A DNA stretch of 64,000 nucleotides from Candidatus Hodarchaeota archaeon. GTDB taxonomy: Archaea > Asgardarchaeota > Lokiarchaeia > Sigyniarchaeales > SOKP01. Numbering within the stretch: position 1 is the stretch's first letter; the number at the start of each line of letters is the position of its first letter. The notes beneath the pieces were generated by a model, which saw nothing but the letters and a program-made list of their open reading frames with translations, searched no databases and was not told where the DNA came from. Positions 31,004 through 41,458 of this stretch are shown here, in pieces. The DNA lies in NCBI GenBank assembly GCA_048886685.1, contig JBHLKM010000016.1, positions 32,001 through 96,000 of the forward strand. The letters are read 5' to 3'. The translations under genes and the position numbers were made by a program.

Positions 31004-33736
31004 TTGTCGTTTATGTTAAACAAGGTATCTTTTATTGCAGATTTAACTCAATTAGATATTGATAATGTAGAACTAGGAAATAAGGCTACAAATTTAAGTA
31101 AATTAATTCAATATAATTTCTCTGTTCCTAAAGGTTTTGTTATTAAAACTAATGCATATGACGAATTTGTTAATTTTAATAATCTTGATGGTATAATACA
31201 AGATTCCTTGGTAAAAATTGTGTTTGATAATTTTGAGACTATTGAAACGTGCTCTAAAACGATCCAAGACTCAATTGAAAATGGTGAATTTCCCTTAGAA
31301 ATAGCTAATGAATTGGAATTGAAATATAGAGAATTTTCATCTTATAATGTTGCTGTACGATCATCAGCCATAGCTGAGGATCTACCATCTGCTTCGTTTG
31401 CTGGACAATATGACACATATTTGAATTTAGGGGATTTTGCCCAAATTCTTAAGTATATAAAGAAATGTTATGCGTCGTTATGGACAAGTCGGGCGATTGT
31501 GTATAGATATAAAAACAAAATCCCTCATGAGAAGGTTAAAATTGCAGTTATTGTGCAAAACATGATAGATGCGAAATTTGCTGGTGTTCTATTTACTTTA
31601 AATCCAATAACTTCAAAGAATAACGAATTATTAATTGAGTCAAATTATGGATTAGGAGAGTCAATTGTATCAGGAAAAAGTAGCCCAGATCAATTTTTCA
31701 TTCAAAAGTTAAGGAGGGGATCACTTAAAATCCTCAATAGGCGAATTGGCCGAAAAAAGTTAGCAGCATATCCTAAATATAAAGGGAATGATGAGGGTAT
31801 TGAGTATAAGGAATTGTCTGAAGAATTAGCTCAACAATCGTCTCTTTCTGATGAAGCTATTATAAAAATTGCTAAATTAGGACTTCAAATAGAAAAAAAA
31901 TTCAACGGAATTTCTCAAGATATTGAATGGGCTATAGATAAGGATAATCGAATTAATATTCTGCAAACACGGCCTATCACAGCATTTAAAGCTGAAAGCA
32001 TCCCCTCTGAAATATTATGGAGTAGAGGATATTCAGATGATTATTGGAATGATAATGTTACACCTCTTTATTTTGAACTTTTAGGCGATCCTATCACAAA
32101 AATAGTTAATATTGAATTAAACGACATTATGGGTTATAAGCAAATGGATATTGAATTACTAAAATTATATAAAGCTCATGTTTATTTCAATCTCAATGTG
32201 ATAAAAAGAAAAGTAGAGAATGAAATTCCAAAATTTATTCGTAATGAAGACGTTTTAAACTATTTTCCGGAGGGGTCAGGACCTTATGGAAAGAGTAAAG
32301 TAAAGGAGCTTCCGTTTCATCTTATTAGTCGAATAGTTGCAGAGCTCAGAATAAGTTCTTATGATCCTAATGGATCAATGTCTAAAACCGCTGAAGCTTA
32401 TGAAAATTGGAATCAAGAAACATTTATTCCTTACTGTAAAAAATTCGAAAATCAACTAAAAGAATTTGATGATTTAACAAACCTAATTAGATTAATTGAA
32501 GAATTAGATAGAATTATGATTGGGCATTTTCGACTCATTCGTTATGGGATTCCCGTTCATAATATAGGCATGAATTTATTAGTTCAATATCTTCTTACCC
32601 GTTTTATTGGCAAAGAGGAATGTTATAAACTATACCCAATTTTAATATCCGGACTTCAAAACAAGTTAACAGAAACAAATGATCAAATTCATAATTTATC
32701 TTCTCTGATTAATAAATCTGAGGAGCTGAAATCAATATTTAATAATCAAGATTCATCAGAGATATATAATATTTTATTAAAAAACAGCACTCAGTCTTCT
32801 CAAAATTTCCTAAATGAATTTGTAACTTTTTTAAATGAACATGGGGTACGTGGATTTACGAGAGAAATTTTTTATCCCCGCTGGAAAGAACCACCAATGA
32901 CTAATGTTTTTGATATTCTAAAATCATTAGTAATGGATAAATGGGAAGAATTGGATACGATAAAAGCAAAAAATTTGAAGAAAAGAGAACTAACTGAAAT
33001 GATTGTAGAGAAAAAGATAAGATCTCAACGATTTGGATTATTAAAATGGAAGATTTTCTCTGTAATAATAAAAAATAGTAGAAAATACATATCATTTAGG
33101 GAAGATCAGCGTTTTAACCTTGATAAATGGATCACAATGAATAGAAATGCCTATTTAAAGATCGGAAAAGTTTTCACAGAAAGAGGTATAATACCAGATG
33201 AAAATAAAATCTTTTTCCTCTTTAAACGCGAAATTAAGGATTTAGCTTTGGGGAATTATAAAAGTCAAGAAATTCAACAAATATCATCTAATGTTATTAA
33301 ACGCTATGAAGAATTTAAAAGATATGAAAATAAGATACCTCCTAAATTCATTATGGGTTCAAGAGAATTTAATGATGAGTTAAAATACAATGATAAAAGT
33401 CAGATTTTTAAAGGGCTTCCCGCGAGTCAGGGCACTATGATTGGACCCATCCGTGTCATTCATGATATAAATCTCATCTCTACAGTACGAGCTGGTGAGA
33501 TCTTAGTTGTACCACAAACAGATCCTGGTTGGACTCCTGTTTTTTCAAAAATCGGGGGATTGATAACGGAAACTGGTGGTATTCTTTCTCATGGAGCCGT
33601 AGTCTCACGAGAATTTGGTATTCCGGCGGTAACGAATATTATAAATGCAAGTAAAATTTTTACTACTGGTCAAATAGTAAAAATAAATGGTTATAATGGA
33701 ACCGTTATACTTCAAAACTTAAATGAGAGAGGATAA
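31004..33736 (+). CDS. PEP synthase-like / rifampicin-phosphotransferase-architecture kinase (ATP-grasp, helical middle domain, C-terminal phospho-His swivel)
   Basis: VAVRSSA.EDL..SFAGQY, DIEWA, LQTRPIT and C-terminal TDPGWTP...GGILSHGAVVSREFGIP. Confidence 0.88.
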   Translation: MSFMLNKVSFIADLTQLDIDNVELGNKATNLSKLIQYNFSVPKGFVIKTNAYDEFVNFNNLDGIIQDSLVKIVFDNFETIETCSKTIQDSIENGEFPLEIANELELKYREFSSYNVAVRSSAIAEDLPSASFAGQYDTYLNLGDFAQILKYIKKCYASLWTSRAIVYRYKNKIPHEKVKIAVIVQNMIDAKFAGVLFTLNPITSKNNELLIESNYGLGESIVSGKSSPDQFFIQKLRRGSLKILNRRIGRKKLAAYPKYKGNDEGIEYKELSEELAQQSSLSDEAIIKIAKLGLQIEKKFNGISQDIEWAIDKDNRINILQTRPITAFKAESIPSEILWSRGYSDDYWNDNVTPLYFELLGDPITKIVNIELNDIMGYKQMDIELLKLYKAHVYFNLNVIKRKVENEIPKFIRNEDVLNYFPEGSGPYGKSKVKELPFHLISRIVAELRISSYDPNGSMSKTAEAYENWNQETFIPYCKKFENQLKEFDDLTNLIRLIEELDRIMIGHFRLIRYGIPVHNIGMNLLVQYLLTRFIGKEECYKLYPILISGLQNKLTETNDQIHNLSSLINKSEELKSIFNNQDSSEIYNILLKNSTQSSQNFLNEFVTFLNEHGVRGFTREIFYPRWKEPPMTNVFDILKSLVMDKWEELDTIKAKNLKKRELTEMIVEKKIRSQRFGLLKWKIFSVIIKNSRKYISFREDQRFNLDKWITMNRNAYLKIGKVFTERGIIPDENKIFFLFKREIKDLALGNYKSQEIQQISSNVIKRYEEFKRYENKIPPKFIMGSREFNDELKYNDKSQIFKGLPASQGTMIGPIRVIHDINLISTVRAGEILVVPQTDPGWTPVFSKIGGLITETGGILSHGAVVSREFGIPAVTNIINASKIFTTGQIVKINGYNGTVILQNLNERG

Positions 33737-34721
33737 AAAAGTGGAGCCATTAACTCATATTGATCAATGTACAAACCATCCAGAATGGAATGAATCTTAC
33801 TATTTTGTTTTTCATAGCAAAGAACATAATTTAGGAGGAATGACACGATTAGGATTTAAGCCCAATAAGCAAGAAGCAATGACTTTTTTCTTCTTATTCT
33901 TACCTGATGGTTCAGCAGCAGGATATAATTTAGTTCAAAAAGTTAAGGACTATACAGATTCCCTTCAAGTTGGCGGGGTTGTTCATACTTGCAAAAATGG
34001 CTCACAATGGAACTACAGATTTCAAGGAAATATGATTGTTGTAGAGAATCCGGAGGATTTACCAAAAGTTCGAGAAAATCCTACATTGATTGCTAATACT
34101 GTAAAAGTAGAAATCGATATAGATTTTTATCCTTTTAGTACCGTTTATGAATATAGCGAAAATATGACTCCAGAATCATTAGAAATAGGTAAAAAAGCGG
34201 GAGATAAACACTGGGAGCAAATAGCTAATCTTTCTGGAAATATTCAGATCGATGATATAAATTACCCTATAGAAAATACTATCGGACAAAGAGATCATAC
34301 TTATGGTGTCAGAGATTGGACAGAAGTAGGTAATTGGTTATATTATGTAGTGTGGTTTGATAAAAATTTAGGAATAAATCCAGCAACTATAGTTACAGAA
34401 GATGGTCGTTTATCCACTGGAGGATTTTTGTTTAAAAATGGGGAAAATATACCGTTAAAAACAATAAAAATTGTTGATCAGAAATTTAGAGAAGATGGAA
34501 TCTTTCCTGTTAGTTCAGAAATTGAAATTATTGATGTTTTAGGTGAAAACCATTTATTAAAAGCTTTTGTAGGACCAATTATCCCAGTACCTTTTTTAGA
34601 TAGTGAGGGAAACCAATCTATACTCGTTCAATCAATAGGTAATTTTGAATTGGATGGAAGAAAAGGTGGGTATGGAACGTTCGAAACCTTGAGAAAAGTG
34701 AAACGAAAAAAGATAGAATAA
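33723..34721 (+). CDS. Hypothetical beta-barrel protein (hydroxyneurosporene synthase/tocopherol cyclase-like)
   Basis: WNESYYF, HWEQ and GQRDHTYGVRDW. Overlaps the end of the upstream kinase. Confidence 0.6.
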   Translation: MREDKKVEPLTHIDQCTNHPEWNESYYFVFHSKEHNLGGMTRLGFKPNKQEAMTFFFLFLPDGSAAGYNLVQKVKDYTDSLQVGGVVHTCKNGSQWNYRFQGNMIVVENPEDLPKVRENPTLIANTVKVEIDIDFYPFSTVYEYSENMTPESLEIGKKAGDKHWEQIANLSGNIQIDDINYPIENTIGQRDHTYGVRDWTEVGNWLYYVVWFDKNLGINPATIVTEDGRLSTGGFLFKNGENIPLKTIKIVDQKFREDGIFPVSSEIEIIDVLGENHLLKAFVGPIIPVPFLDSEGNQSILVQSIGNFELDGRKGGYGTFETLRKVKRKKIE

Positions 34722-34773
34722 ATTCAAATTATTAAGATAACCGGAATAAAATAATAAAAAATATTAAAAAAAA

Positions 34774-35601
34774 TTATTTAAGGGAACACTTATATTGTAA
34801 AAGATTTAATTCTTTTCTTAGTTTCTGACCAATTTCTAGAGATTTTTTTCCTAACATCTTAATATCATCAATTGAAAATGTAGCCGCTCCGCTTTTTTGA
34901 ATAGAGGTTATTTTTTTGTCAGTTACCGATATTGAGATTTTTCCCTCACAAATTAATTCTTCAGGTAAATTAGGATCTAAAAAGATAATTTCATCTATCT
35001 TTCCATAAGTTAAAACTAAGGGTAGTTCATTAACTAAATCGACACCTGTTAAATATTTTCCTGTCCATTCAAGGCCATTATCTCCAATTATGCCCTCGGG
35101 AAGATGTGCTGAAAGTAATGTAGTTAAGGCACTTACTCCTCCAGCATCAATTAAATTTCCATCATGATTTATGACATACATATCAACAAATAAGATATAG
35201 ACTGCTTCTTTTTCTTTAATACAGAGTTTTTGTGTTTGAATGCAATCAGCATGTCTGAGACCTCGATCAACAACTCTCGCAAGTTCTATAGATTGTTCAT
35301 CTGGAGGTCCTCTTTCAAATAATGGAGATGCTAATGGAAGTAGTTCTGCCATTATAGTACAAACACCTTCATCTGGAATATCTGGAAATGGTTCACCAAT
35401 CTCATATTTTAAACCAGTAATAATCCTTGTATCACCTAATGATACATCAGCAGAACCTTCAGCTGAGGTAATTATATCGCTTTTAATTTTAAATTCGCGA
35501 TGTTCCCATAATCCCCTCGCATCAATACGCTCTTCCTTCTTTAAATTTGCTTTAATATAACTTTTTTCTATCCGTGATACTATTCGCTTAACATCCATCA
35601 T
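34774..35601 (-). CDS. rrp42: Exosome complex component Rrp42
   Basis: RIDAR, AEGSA, ELARVVDRGLR and DGNLIDA. Confidence 0.95.
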   Translation of the reverse strand: MMDVKRIVSRIEKSYIKANLKKEERIDARGLWEHREFKIKSDIITSAEGSADVSLGDTRIITGLKYEIGEPFPDIPDEGVCTIMAELLPLASPLFERGPPDEQSIELARVVDRGLRHADCIQTQKLCIKEKEAVYILFVDMYVINHDGNLIDAGGVSALTTLLSAHLPEGIIGDNGLEWTGKYLTGVDLVNELPLVLTYGKIDEIIFLDPNLPEELICEGKISISVTDKKITSIQKSGAATFSIDDIKMLGKKSLEIGQKLRKELNLLQYKCSLK

Positions 35602-35603
35602 CT

Positions 35604-36359
35604 TTACTTTTCACCCTCATTTTCTTTTAAGGTTAAATATTTACTTTTCAAGGAATCTAATTGGATTTGATATATTTTAGCTAAAGCATCTTTTGCTAGA
35701 TCTAAGAATTCATTCATCTCATCTAAGTCCATATCTCCATCAAATTGTAATAATGAGATTTCTTCATTATACCATGTAATAGCGATCGGTAAGTCAGCCT
35801 CTCCCGCTTTATCTTCAATTCCAGAAAGATCTACTATTTTTTTACCATCTATTTTGCCAACTGCTACAGCCGAAACTAAACTTCTCATAGGTATTCCTGC
35901 ATCTGCTAAAGCTAATGCTGCTACAGTTGTACTGGCGCATCTAGTGCCTCCATCAGCATCCATTACGTCAATAAATACTTCAAAACTCGTACCCGGGTAT
36001 AACTCAAGAAAAAGGGTTGGCTCTAAACAATCAGCCACAATCATAGAAATTTCTTTTTCTCTGCGACCGGGAGCAGGTCTCTTTCTATCAAAGACGGAAA
36101 ATGTCGCCATTCTATAAAAAACTCTTAAAATTCCTCGATCTGGCTTAGCTAAATGGTGCGGGTGAACTTCTCTTGGTCCATAAACGGCAGCAAAAATTTT
36201 ATTATTTCCCCATTCCAGATATGCAGAGCCATCTGCACTTTTGATGACACCTACTTCCATTTTGATAGGTCTTAATTCCGTTACATCCCTACCATCAAGT
36301 CTTTTTCCATCTTTACGAAATAACTTCTCGGGATATTCATCCTTAATAATTAACGGCAT
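35604..36359 (-). CDS. rrp41: Exosome complex component Rrp41
   Basis: RLDGR, ADGSAY, YGPRE, RREKEIS and ADGGTRCA. Confidence 0.96.
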   Translation of the reverse strand: MPLIIKDEYPEKLFRKDGKRLDGRDVTELRPIKMEVGVIKSADGSAYLEWGNNKIFAAVYGPREVHPHHLAKPDRGILRVFYRMATFSVFDRKRPAPGRREKEISMIVADCLEPTLFLELYPGTSFEVFIDVMDADGGTRCASTTVAALALADAGIPMRSLVSAVAVGKIDGKKIVDLSGIEDKAGEADLPIAITWYNEEISLLQFDGDMDLDEMNEFLDLAKDALAKIYQIQLDSLKSKYLTLKENEGEK

Positions 36360-37175
36360 TTATTCTATACCTCTTATTTTTTTCTCATTTGTAATAAATT
36401 CCTGTATTCGGTCAGTTAAACCCACTGTGTGTGCTTCTGTCGCAATTTTCTCTATCGATTCTACCAGTAATCTTTCATGAGCAATATCTTCACCTTTTAA
36501 CCATATACGTCCATTTTGAGTAACAAAAATATTACTTTTTGTCAAATTTTTTAGCATTTTAATCATTGATCCATTACGACCAATAACCCGAGGAATTTTG
36601 GGAGGATCTATTGAAATTACGATACCATTGTTTTTCTTGCCCAAATATTTTCCAACAGTTGTTAATTCGGGCTTGTTTAAACGATCAGCTGATAAAATTT
36701 TGACAATCAAGATATCTCCTATTTCATATTTTTCAGCCTCTTGTTCACCTCGTTGATAACTACCACCTCTCATTGATCTCATTTTACCTCTTTTTATTGT
36801 GTTTTTTGGTTTAAGTGTGCCAAAATCCTTTGCATTAATATCACATTTATATTTCACAGGATTTTTATCAACAACAAGCGCTATAACTTTATCCCCAGGT
36901 CGAGGAGTATAAAATCCTCTAAGGGGAATCACATTTACATAATTTTTTCTTACTTGTTTTAACCCAATGTTTAAGGAAATTATCTTAGTTCTGTCATTAT
37001 TATAAATTGTGCCTCTACCTGGTAAAAAATTCTTAGTGTCTTCAATTAATACCTCTCCAGGCACCACAATATCTCTAGAATCTTCATCGCTATCGTAGTC
37101 TTCGAAATCTTCATCCTCTTCGTTATTATTTTCTTCAGTTTCATCTATACCATCTTCATTTATTTCTTTCTCCAA
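36360..37175 (-). CDS. rrp4: Exosome complex component Rrp4 (acidic N-terminal extension)
   Basis: VVPGE, an S1 domain and KH motif IPRVIGRNGSMI...NGRIW. Confidence 0.95.
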   Translation of the reverse strand: MEKEINEDGIDETEENNNEEDEDFEDYDSDEDSRDIVVPGEVLIEDTKNFLPGRGTIYNNDRTKIISLNIGLKQVRKNYVNVIPLRGFYTPRPGDKVIALVVDKNPVKYKCDINAKDFGTLKPKNTIKRGKMRSMRGGSYQRGEQEAEKYEIGDILIVKILSADRLNKPELTTVGKYLGKKNNGIVISIDPPKIPRVIGRNGSMIKMLKNLTKSNIFVTQNGRIWLKGEDIAHERLLVESIEKIATEAHTVGLTDRIQEFITNEKKIRGIE

Positions 37176-37266
37176 AATAACTCACACTCTTTTCTTAATT
37201 TATCAATTACTACCTAACCATTGCTAAAAAAATAACATAAACGAGAATTAATTAAAAACTTCTTGG

Positions 37267-38070
37267 TTAGGATTTTAAAAGTTTGGTTTGAACTCTCCCA
37301 TGAGTAAGCTTGTTTAGTTTATCTATCAATTCCATTTGTAATCCTGCTGGCAAGCTAACAACAGAAACCCATGATCCATCGGATTGCCATTCTTCTTTTT
37401 TAATCTGTGCTAGTTGAGCCACAATATTATATCCTTTAGCAGTAAATGCTGAAGGAATTTTTATTGCTATCTCTACTTGTTCCATCCGAATAGGAATGAT
37501 TGCTCGAATGCTCTTAACTACGTCTTCAACTTGTTCTTCAGCATTCCTCATTAAATCTATTTTTACTTTTGCTTCTTCAATAGCTTTCTCTATTCTTTGA
37601 TAAGGATGAGGTTTCTTATTCTGAGGATTAATCGCATTTTTACTAATAATTGTGATTATTTGTTTCAATTTTTTACTCTTTTCCTCTTCTCTTTGAGTTT
37701 TCGTCCAGTGTATTTCTCCATCAATTAGAATGTGTCCAGCTATTCTCATACCCTCTGTCGTATTAAAAACGGCTTCCATATCTCCGTCTGTTGCCTTTTT
37801 ACCTCTCCTTAAATCTTCAAAGACAGTAAAAGTTTCAAAAATTAGTTCTAAATCTATCTTATTATTATTCAGGATATCATCAATAGAAAGACGTGATTTT
37901 TCTGCTCCTGCTTTTAAACGTTTGTCGATTTCTTCCCGAATTAATTTCTTTGCTTCCCAAGCTTTCTCTGGATCCATTAGCATCTCGAAACGTCTTCCAG
38001 ATTTTTCAATTTTTCCAATAATATATCCGCCTAAATCAATTCTTGCTCTGTCAGTTGGTCGATCGATCAT
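37267..38070 (-). CDS. Ribosome maturation factor SBDS/Sdo1
   Basis: RFEML, INPQNKKPHP, EEWQSDGSW, and position between psmA and rrp4. Confidence 0.95.
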   Translation of the reverse strand: MIDRPTDRARIDLGGYIIGKIEKSGRRFEMLMDPEKAWEAKKLIREEIDKRLKAGAEKSRLSIDDILNNNKIDLELIFETFTVFEDLRRGKKATDGDMEAVFNTTEGMRIAGHILIDGEIHWTKTQREEEKSKKLKQIITIISKNAINPQNKKPHPYQRIEKAIEEAKVKIDLMRNAEEQVEDVVKSIRAIIPIRMEQVEIAIKIPSAFTAKGYNIVAQLAQIKKEEWQSDGSWVSVVSLPAGLQMELIDKLNKLTHGRVQTKLLKS

Positions 38071-38189
38071 AATATAATTTCACAACTGTGTAACTTGATT
38101 TTCCTTGATTTCTCTCTATTCCGTTCTTCTAACTTTGGATTACCTGATAAATATAATGGGCTGGAATCCTTGATTATGTATACAAGATT

Positions 38190-38912
38190 TTAGGAAGATT
38201 CTAGTTTATTTATTAATTCTTCCTTTTCTTCTACACTTAGAAGTTTGAACATTTTATCTTCTTTCAATATAAAAGCTATATCACATGTATTTTTATTTAG
38301 ATTATCACCCATTATTTCCTTCAGAGCTCTTAAGGGTAATAATTTTAATTCCTCATCACTCATATCTTCTTTATAATGTTCTTCAAGGTAAGCCCTTGCT
38401 TCTGTTGCACCCGATCCGATAGCGAATCCTTTATAGGCCCAAAATGCACCACTGGGATCGGTTAGAAATAAGGATGGACCATTTGAGTCAATTCCAGCAA
38501 CCAAAAGGGAAACACCGAAGGGACGTACTCCCGCATTCTGAGTGAATGCCTGTTTATATTCGCAAATATTTATTGTGCTATCTTTTACTGAGATTTTCTC
38601 ATCATAATTTAATAAATTGACCTGAGCCTGAATTCTTGCACGATCTATAAGCACTCGAGCATCACTGGTCAGTCCGGCTATGGCGACCCCAATATGGTCG
38701 TCAATTTTAAATATTTTTTCTGAACCAATCGTTTCCTGGAGTTCAGAACTTTTCTTCTCAACAGCAAAAACTACTGATGCTTTATTCCTACATACAATGG
38801 CAGTTGTCCCACGACGTACTGCCTCTATAGCATATTCAACTTGAAATAGCCTTCCTTCGGGTGAAAATTGCGTAATAGCCATATCATATCCGCGTCCTGC
38901 TTGCTGAAACAT
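38190..38912 (-). CDS. psmA: Proteasome alpha subunit
   Basis: YDMAITQFSPEGRLFQVEYA and RPFGVSLL. Confidence 0.97.
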   Translation of the reverse strand: MFQQAGRGYDMAITQFSPEGRLFQVEYAIEAVRRGTTAIVCRNKASVVFAVEKKSSELQETIGSEKIFKIDDHIGVAIAGLTSDARVLIDRARIQAQVNLLNYDEKISVKDSTINICEYKQAFTQNAGVRPFGVSLLVAGIDSNGPSLFLTDPSGAFWAYKGFAIGSGATEARAYLEEHYKEDMSDEELKLLPLRALKEIMGDNLNKNTCDIAFILKEDKMFKLLSVEEKEELINKLESS

Positions 38913-39169
38913 TTTTTACTAACCTCCTTAATTCGATTTTATATTTTTTTTAAAAACCTAAAGAATTTTACCAGAAAGGCAAACTCTCTTAAATTTTAAA
39001 TTTTAATTAATTCTTTTTATTTATATTATTTTTTTGTTTTACTTAGTTAAAAAGTAGTAATAAATACTAAAATAAATATTTTGTTTAAATATTTTAAAAA
39101 AAGGGTAAAATTTGATTGAAAAAACAAGGTAGAGAAGGTTTGGATTATTTGTCTTAATCTTAACGGAAA

Positions 39170-39541
39170 TTATGACCATGCAACTTTATTAATGAAAATT
39201 GACCATTCTAGAATGATAAGGCCTTCATCTCTGGTGTGAGCAACTAAATAATCTCCTTCCTTTGTGATCGATCCAACGATATTGCCCTTACCTCCACCAA
39301 TATTTTTAGCAGCTAATTGGATATCATCATTTTTTAAAACAGCGAATCGATTGTTTTGAAACATGACGGCCGGTTCGTTTGTTTTCCAAGCAGTAAGAAG
39401 TGCCTTCCCTTCTTCATTAGATAATTGAAAATCTCCTGACTTGTAGACAACCTCTCCCTCACTGTTTAACAGAAATATTTCTTCTACTCCTTCTTGTTCT
39501 TCTAAAGCTTTGACTAACACTTGAAATCTTTGCTCTTCCAT
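39170..39541 (-). CDS. Asgard profilin-like protein
   Basis: 123 aa. The pattern IFLLNSEGEVVYKSGDF...FQNNRFAVLK...LAAKNIGGGKGNIV parallels Lokiarchaeal profilins. Confidence 0.7.
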   Translation of the reverse strand: MEEQRFQVLVKALEEQEGVEEIFLLNSEGEVVYKSGDFQLSNEEGKALLTAWKTNEPAVMFQNNRFAVLKNDDIQLAAKNIGGGKGNIVGSITKEGDYLVAHTRDEGLIILEWSIFINKVAWS

Positions 39542-39708
39542 ACTTTTTCATCTATCAAATTAATTCTGTTTTTTGTTACATTGAAAAATAATAATTTAGT
39601 AATTTAAGTCTTTTTAGAACTAAAAAACCTATAGTTTGATGTGATAGGAAAAGTATTTTACCTTACAGAGATTAAAATATTTAAACTCCTTTAGTTTCTT
39701 GCTACTTT

Positions 39709-40503
39709 GTGTTCTCTATGGTAAAAAATTTGGTTTTATTTGACAAAATCTATAATGTTTCTATGAAGAGAAAAAAGGAAGATATATACCTGAGATATTT
39801 AAAGTATGTAAGAGAGCACGTTAAAGGATTCCCAAATACTACATTGAAAATAAAAAAATTAAGGGAATTTGATAAAAGATTCGAAATTAGTATAAGTGGT
39901 CCTGAAGAAGTTTTTGTGTTTAATCTCTTAAAAAATGAAATTGGGAGTATAACAGAGTTTAAGGATATCAAAGATGGCAACATTATTAAGGGTGTACTAA
40001 CTGATGTAGGGAAAGTGGGTTTTGGTTTATTTATAGATTGCGGAGTTGTAAATCCTCAAGTTGATGTTTTAATAAATTTACATAAACTCAGGGAGCAGTT
40101 ATGTAATAAACGTGAAAAATCTTTGACAGAAATTATTGAAGCCTATGATTTTATTGATCATTTCCCTTTAGAAGTTAAAATCGTAAAAAAGAATAACGAA
40201 AACCATAGACTTCAGGGAGAAATTGCCCTGAATTCGCTAAACATCTTTGAAAAGATTATAAATGAGAATCTTGAGGCTATTTTTTTAAGTGGGGAAACTA
40301 AGGGTCAATTTAAAAAAGCTATCACACGAAAAGGCCATTTTAGGGATATCATTACCCTAAAGAGATTTGGTTTCTTAGAAAATCTAGTCTTATTAAAAAA
40401 AGATTCCGATGCACCAGGGATCATCGCTCATATTGGAAAAGAACTTGAAAACTGTAAGTTTAGTGTCTTACAGCCGAAACGAATCAGAATGTTGTACAAT
40501 TAA
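39709..40503 (+). CDS. DUF2110-like OB-fold protein
   Basis: GKVGFGLFIDCG, FIDHFPLEV, GHFRDII and DAPGIIAHIG. Confidence 0.75.
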   Translation: MFSMVKNLVLFDKIYNVSMKRKKEDIYLRYLKYVREHVKGFPNTTLKIKKLREFDKRFEISISGPEEVFVFNLLKNEIGSITEFKDIKDGNIIKGVLTDVGKVGFGLFIDCGVVNPQVDVLINLHKLREQLCNKREKSLTEIIEAYDFIDHFPLEVKIVKKNNENHRLQGEIALNSLNIFEKIINENLEAIFLSGETKGQFKKAITRKGHFRDIITLKRFGFLENLVLLKKDSDAPGIIAHIGKELENCKFSVLQPKRIRMLYN

Positions 40504-40515
40504 TCTTAATAATAG

Positions 40516-40588
40516 TGGGCCAGGAGAGGATTGAACTCCCGACCTTCGCGGTGTAAACGCGACGTCATAACCACTAGACCACTGGCCC
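40516..40588 (-). tRNA. tRNA-Val(TAC), no intron
   Basis: GGGCCAG/CTGGCCC acceptor stem, anticodon arm TCGCG-TTTACAC-CGCGA, T loop TTCAAT. Confidence 0.95.
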
Positions 40589-40603
40589 CAGATTTAATAT
40601 AAG

Positions 40604-40686
40604 CGCAATCGGTGGGATTCGAACCCACGAATCCGTTGGACACTGGTTTAGCAGACCAGCGCTCTACCAGGCTAAGCGACGATTGC
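40604..40686 (-). tRNA. tRNA-Ser(GCT), no intron
   Basis: GCAATCG/CGATTGC acceptor, anticodon arm CTGGT-CTGCTAA-ACCAG, long variable arm, G discriminator. Confidence 0.94.
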
Positions 40687-40820
40687 TTGCTATATTTTAA
40701 TAAAGGTATAATATATTACATTTTCAATATAACGATTCAAAATTTTAATATTTTATCATCTAACTAAATTGTTTGGAAAAAAAAAGAAAAATAAAAAGAA
40801 AAGATAATCTTCAATTTAAC

Positions 40821-41309
40821 TTATTCGGAGATTATCTCAAAAACCATTTTTTCGATGATAGGCTTTTTTGTATAGCGTTTATCGTAATACCAACCAACTA
40901 GATGCGGTTTTTGCTCAGGAGTTTTGTTTGGTACTGGAGGGACAACAATAATCATAACACCATTTGAGAGATATTTTAAGATCCGCTTATCTATAGTATG
41001 CAGCTTCTCGTTACCGCTAGGATGTGAATGCCATTGCCAAACTATATCAACTCCTAGCTCTTGCTTAAATTTCCGCATATTATATATCTTGGATTTTTTA
41101 TATCTCATCCAACTTCTCGGTTTTACATGAACTTTTGTTTTACGTAGGTCTGAATTCATAATAAACTGAGTGCAGATTCCAAAATTTTCTTTGCGATCAG
41201 CGAAAAGCCACCCATGACAAATTTGAGGATACTCCTCGGCAGCTTTTTGAGTTATCTCTTTAAATAAACTTTCTGGTATTAAGTAACGAAAATCTTTAGC
41301 CCCACTCAT
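40821..41309 (-). CDS. JAB/MPN (JAMM-like) domain protein
   Basis: WQWHSHP...D metal motif. N-terminal YPQICHGWL lacks the usual catalytic Glu. Confidence 0.75.
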   Translation of the reverse strand: MSGAKDFRYLIPESLFKEITQKAAEEYPQICHGWLFADRKENFGICTQFIMNSDLRKTKVHVKPRSWMRYKKSKIYNMRKFKQELGVDIVWQWHSHPSGNEKLHTIDKRILKYLSNGVMIIVVPPVPNKTPEQKPHLVGWYYDKRYTKKPIIEKMVFEIISE

Positions 41310-41458
41310 ATTTTACCATCACAATTAGACATCAATGTAGCATAAAATTTATATTTTTCTTTAAAGACAAGAGAGAACTAGGTATAGAACAATATAAAAC
41401 AAAAAAAATTTATTATATTGAACATACTCTAATTTAATTACTAGATATCAAAAAATTA

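Noticed and set aside
37850-37960. Extra segment in SBDS (and similar extra segments in aIF5A and PFK) as possible in-frame introns
   Set aside because: They encode plausible charged helices with no stop, and I found no BHB pairing at their borders. They are treated as lineage-specific protein insertions.
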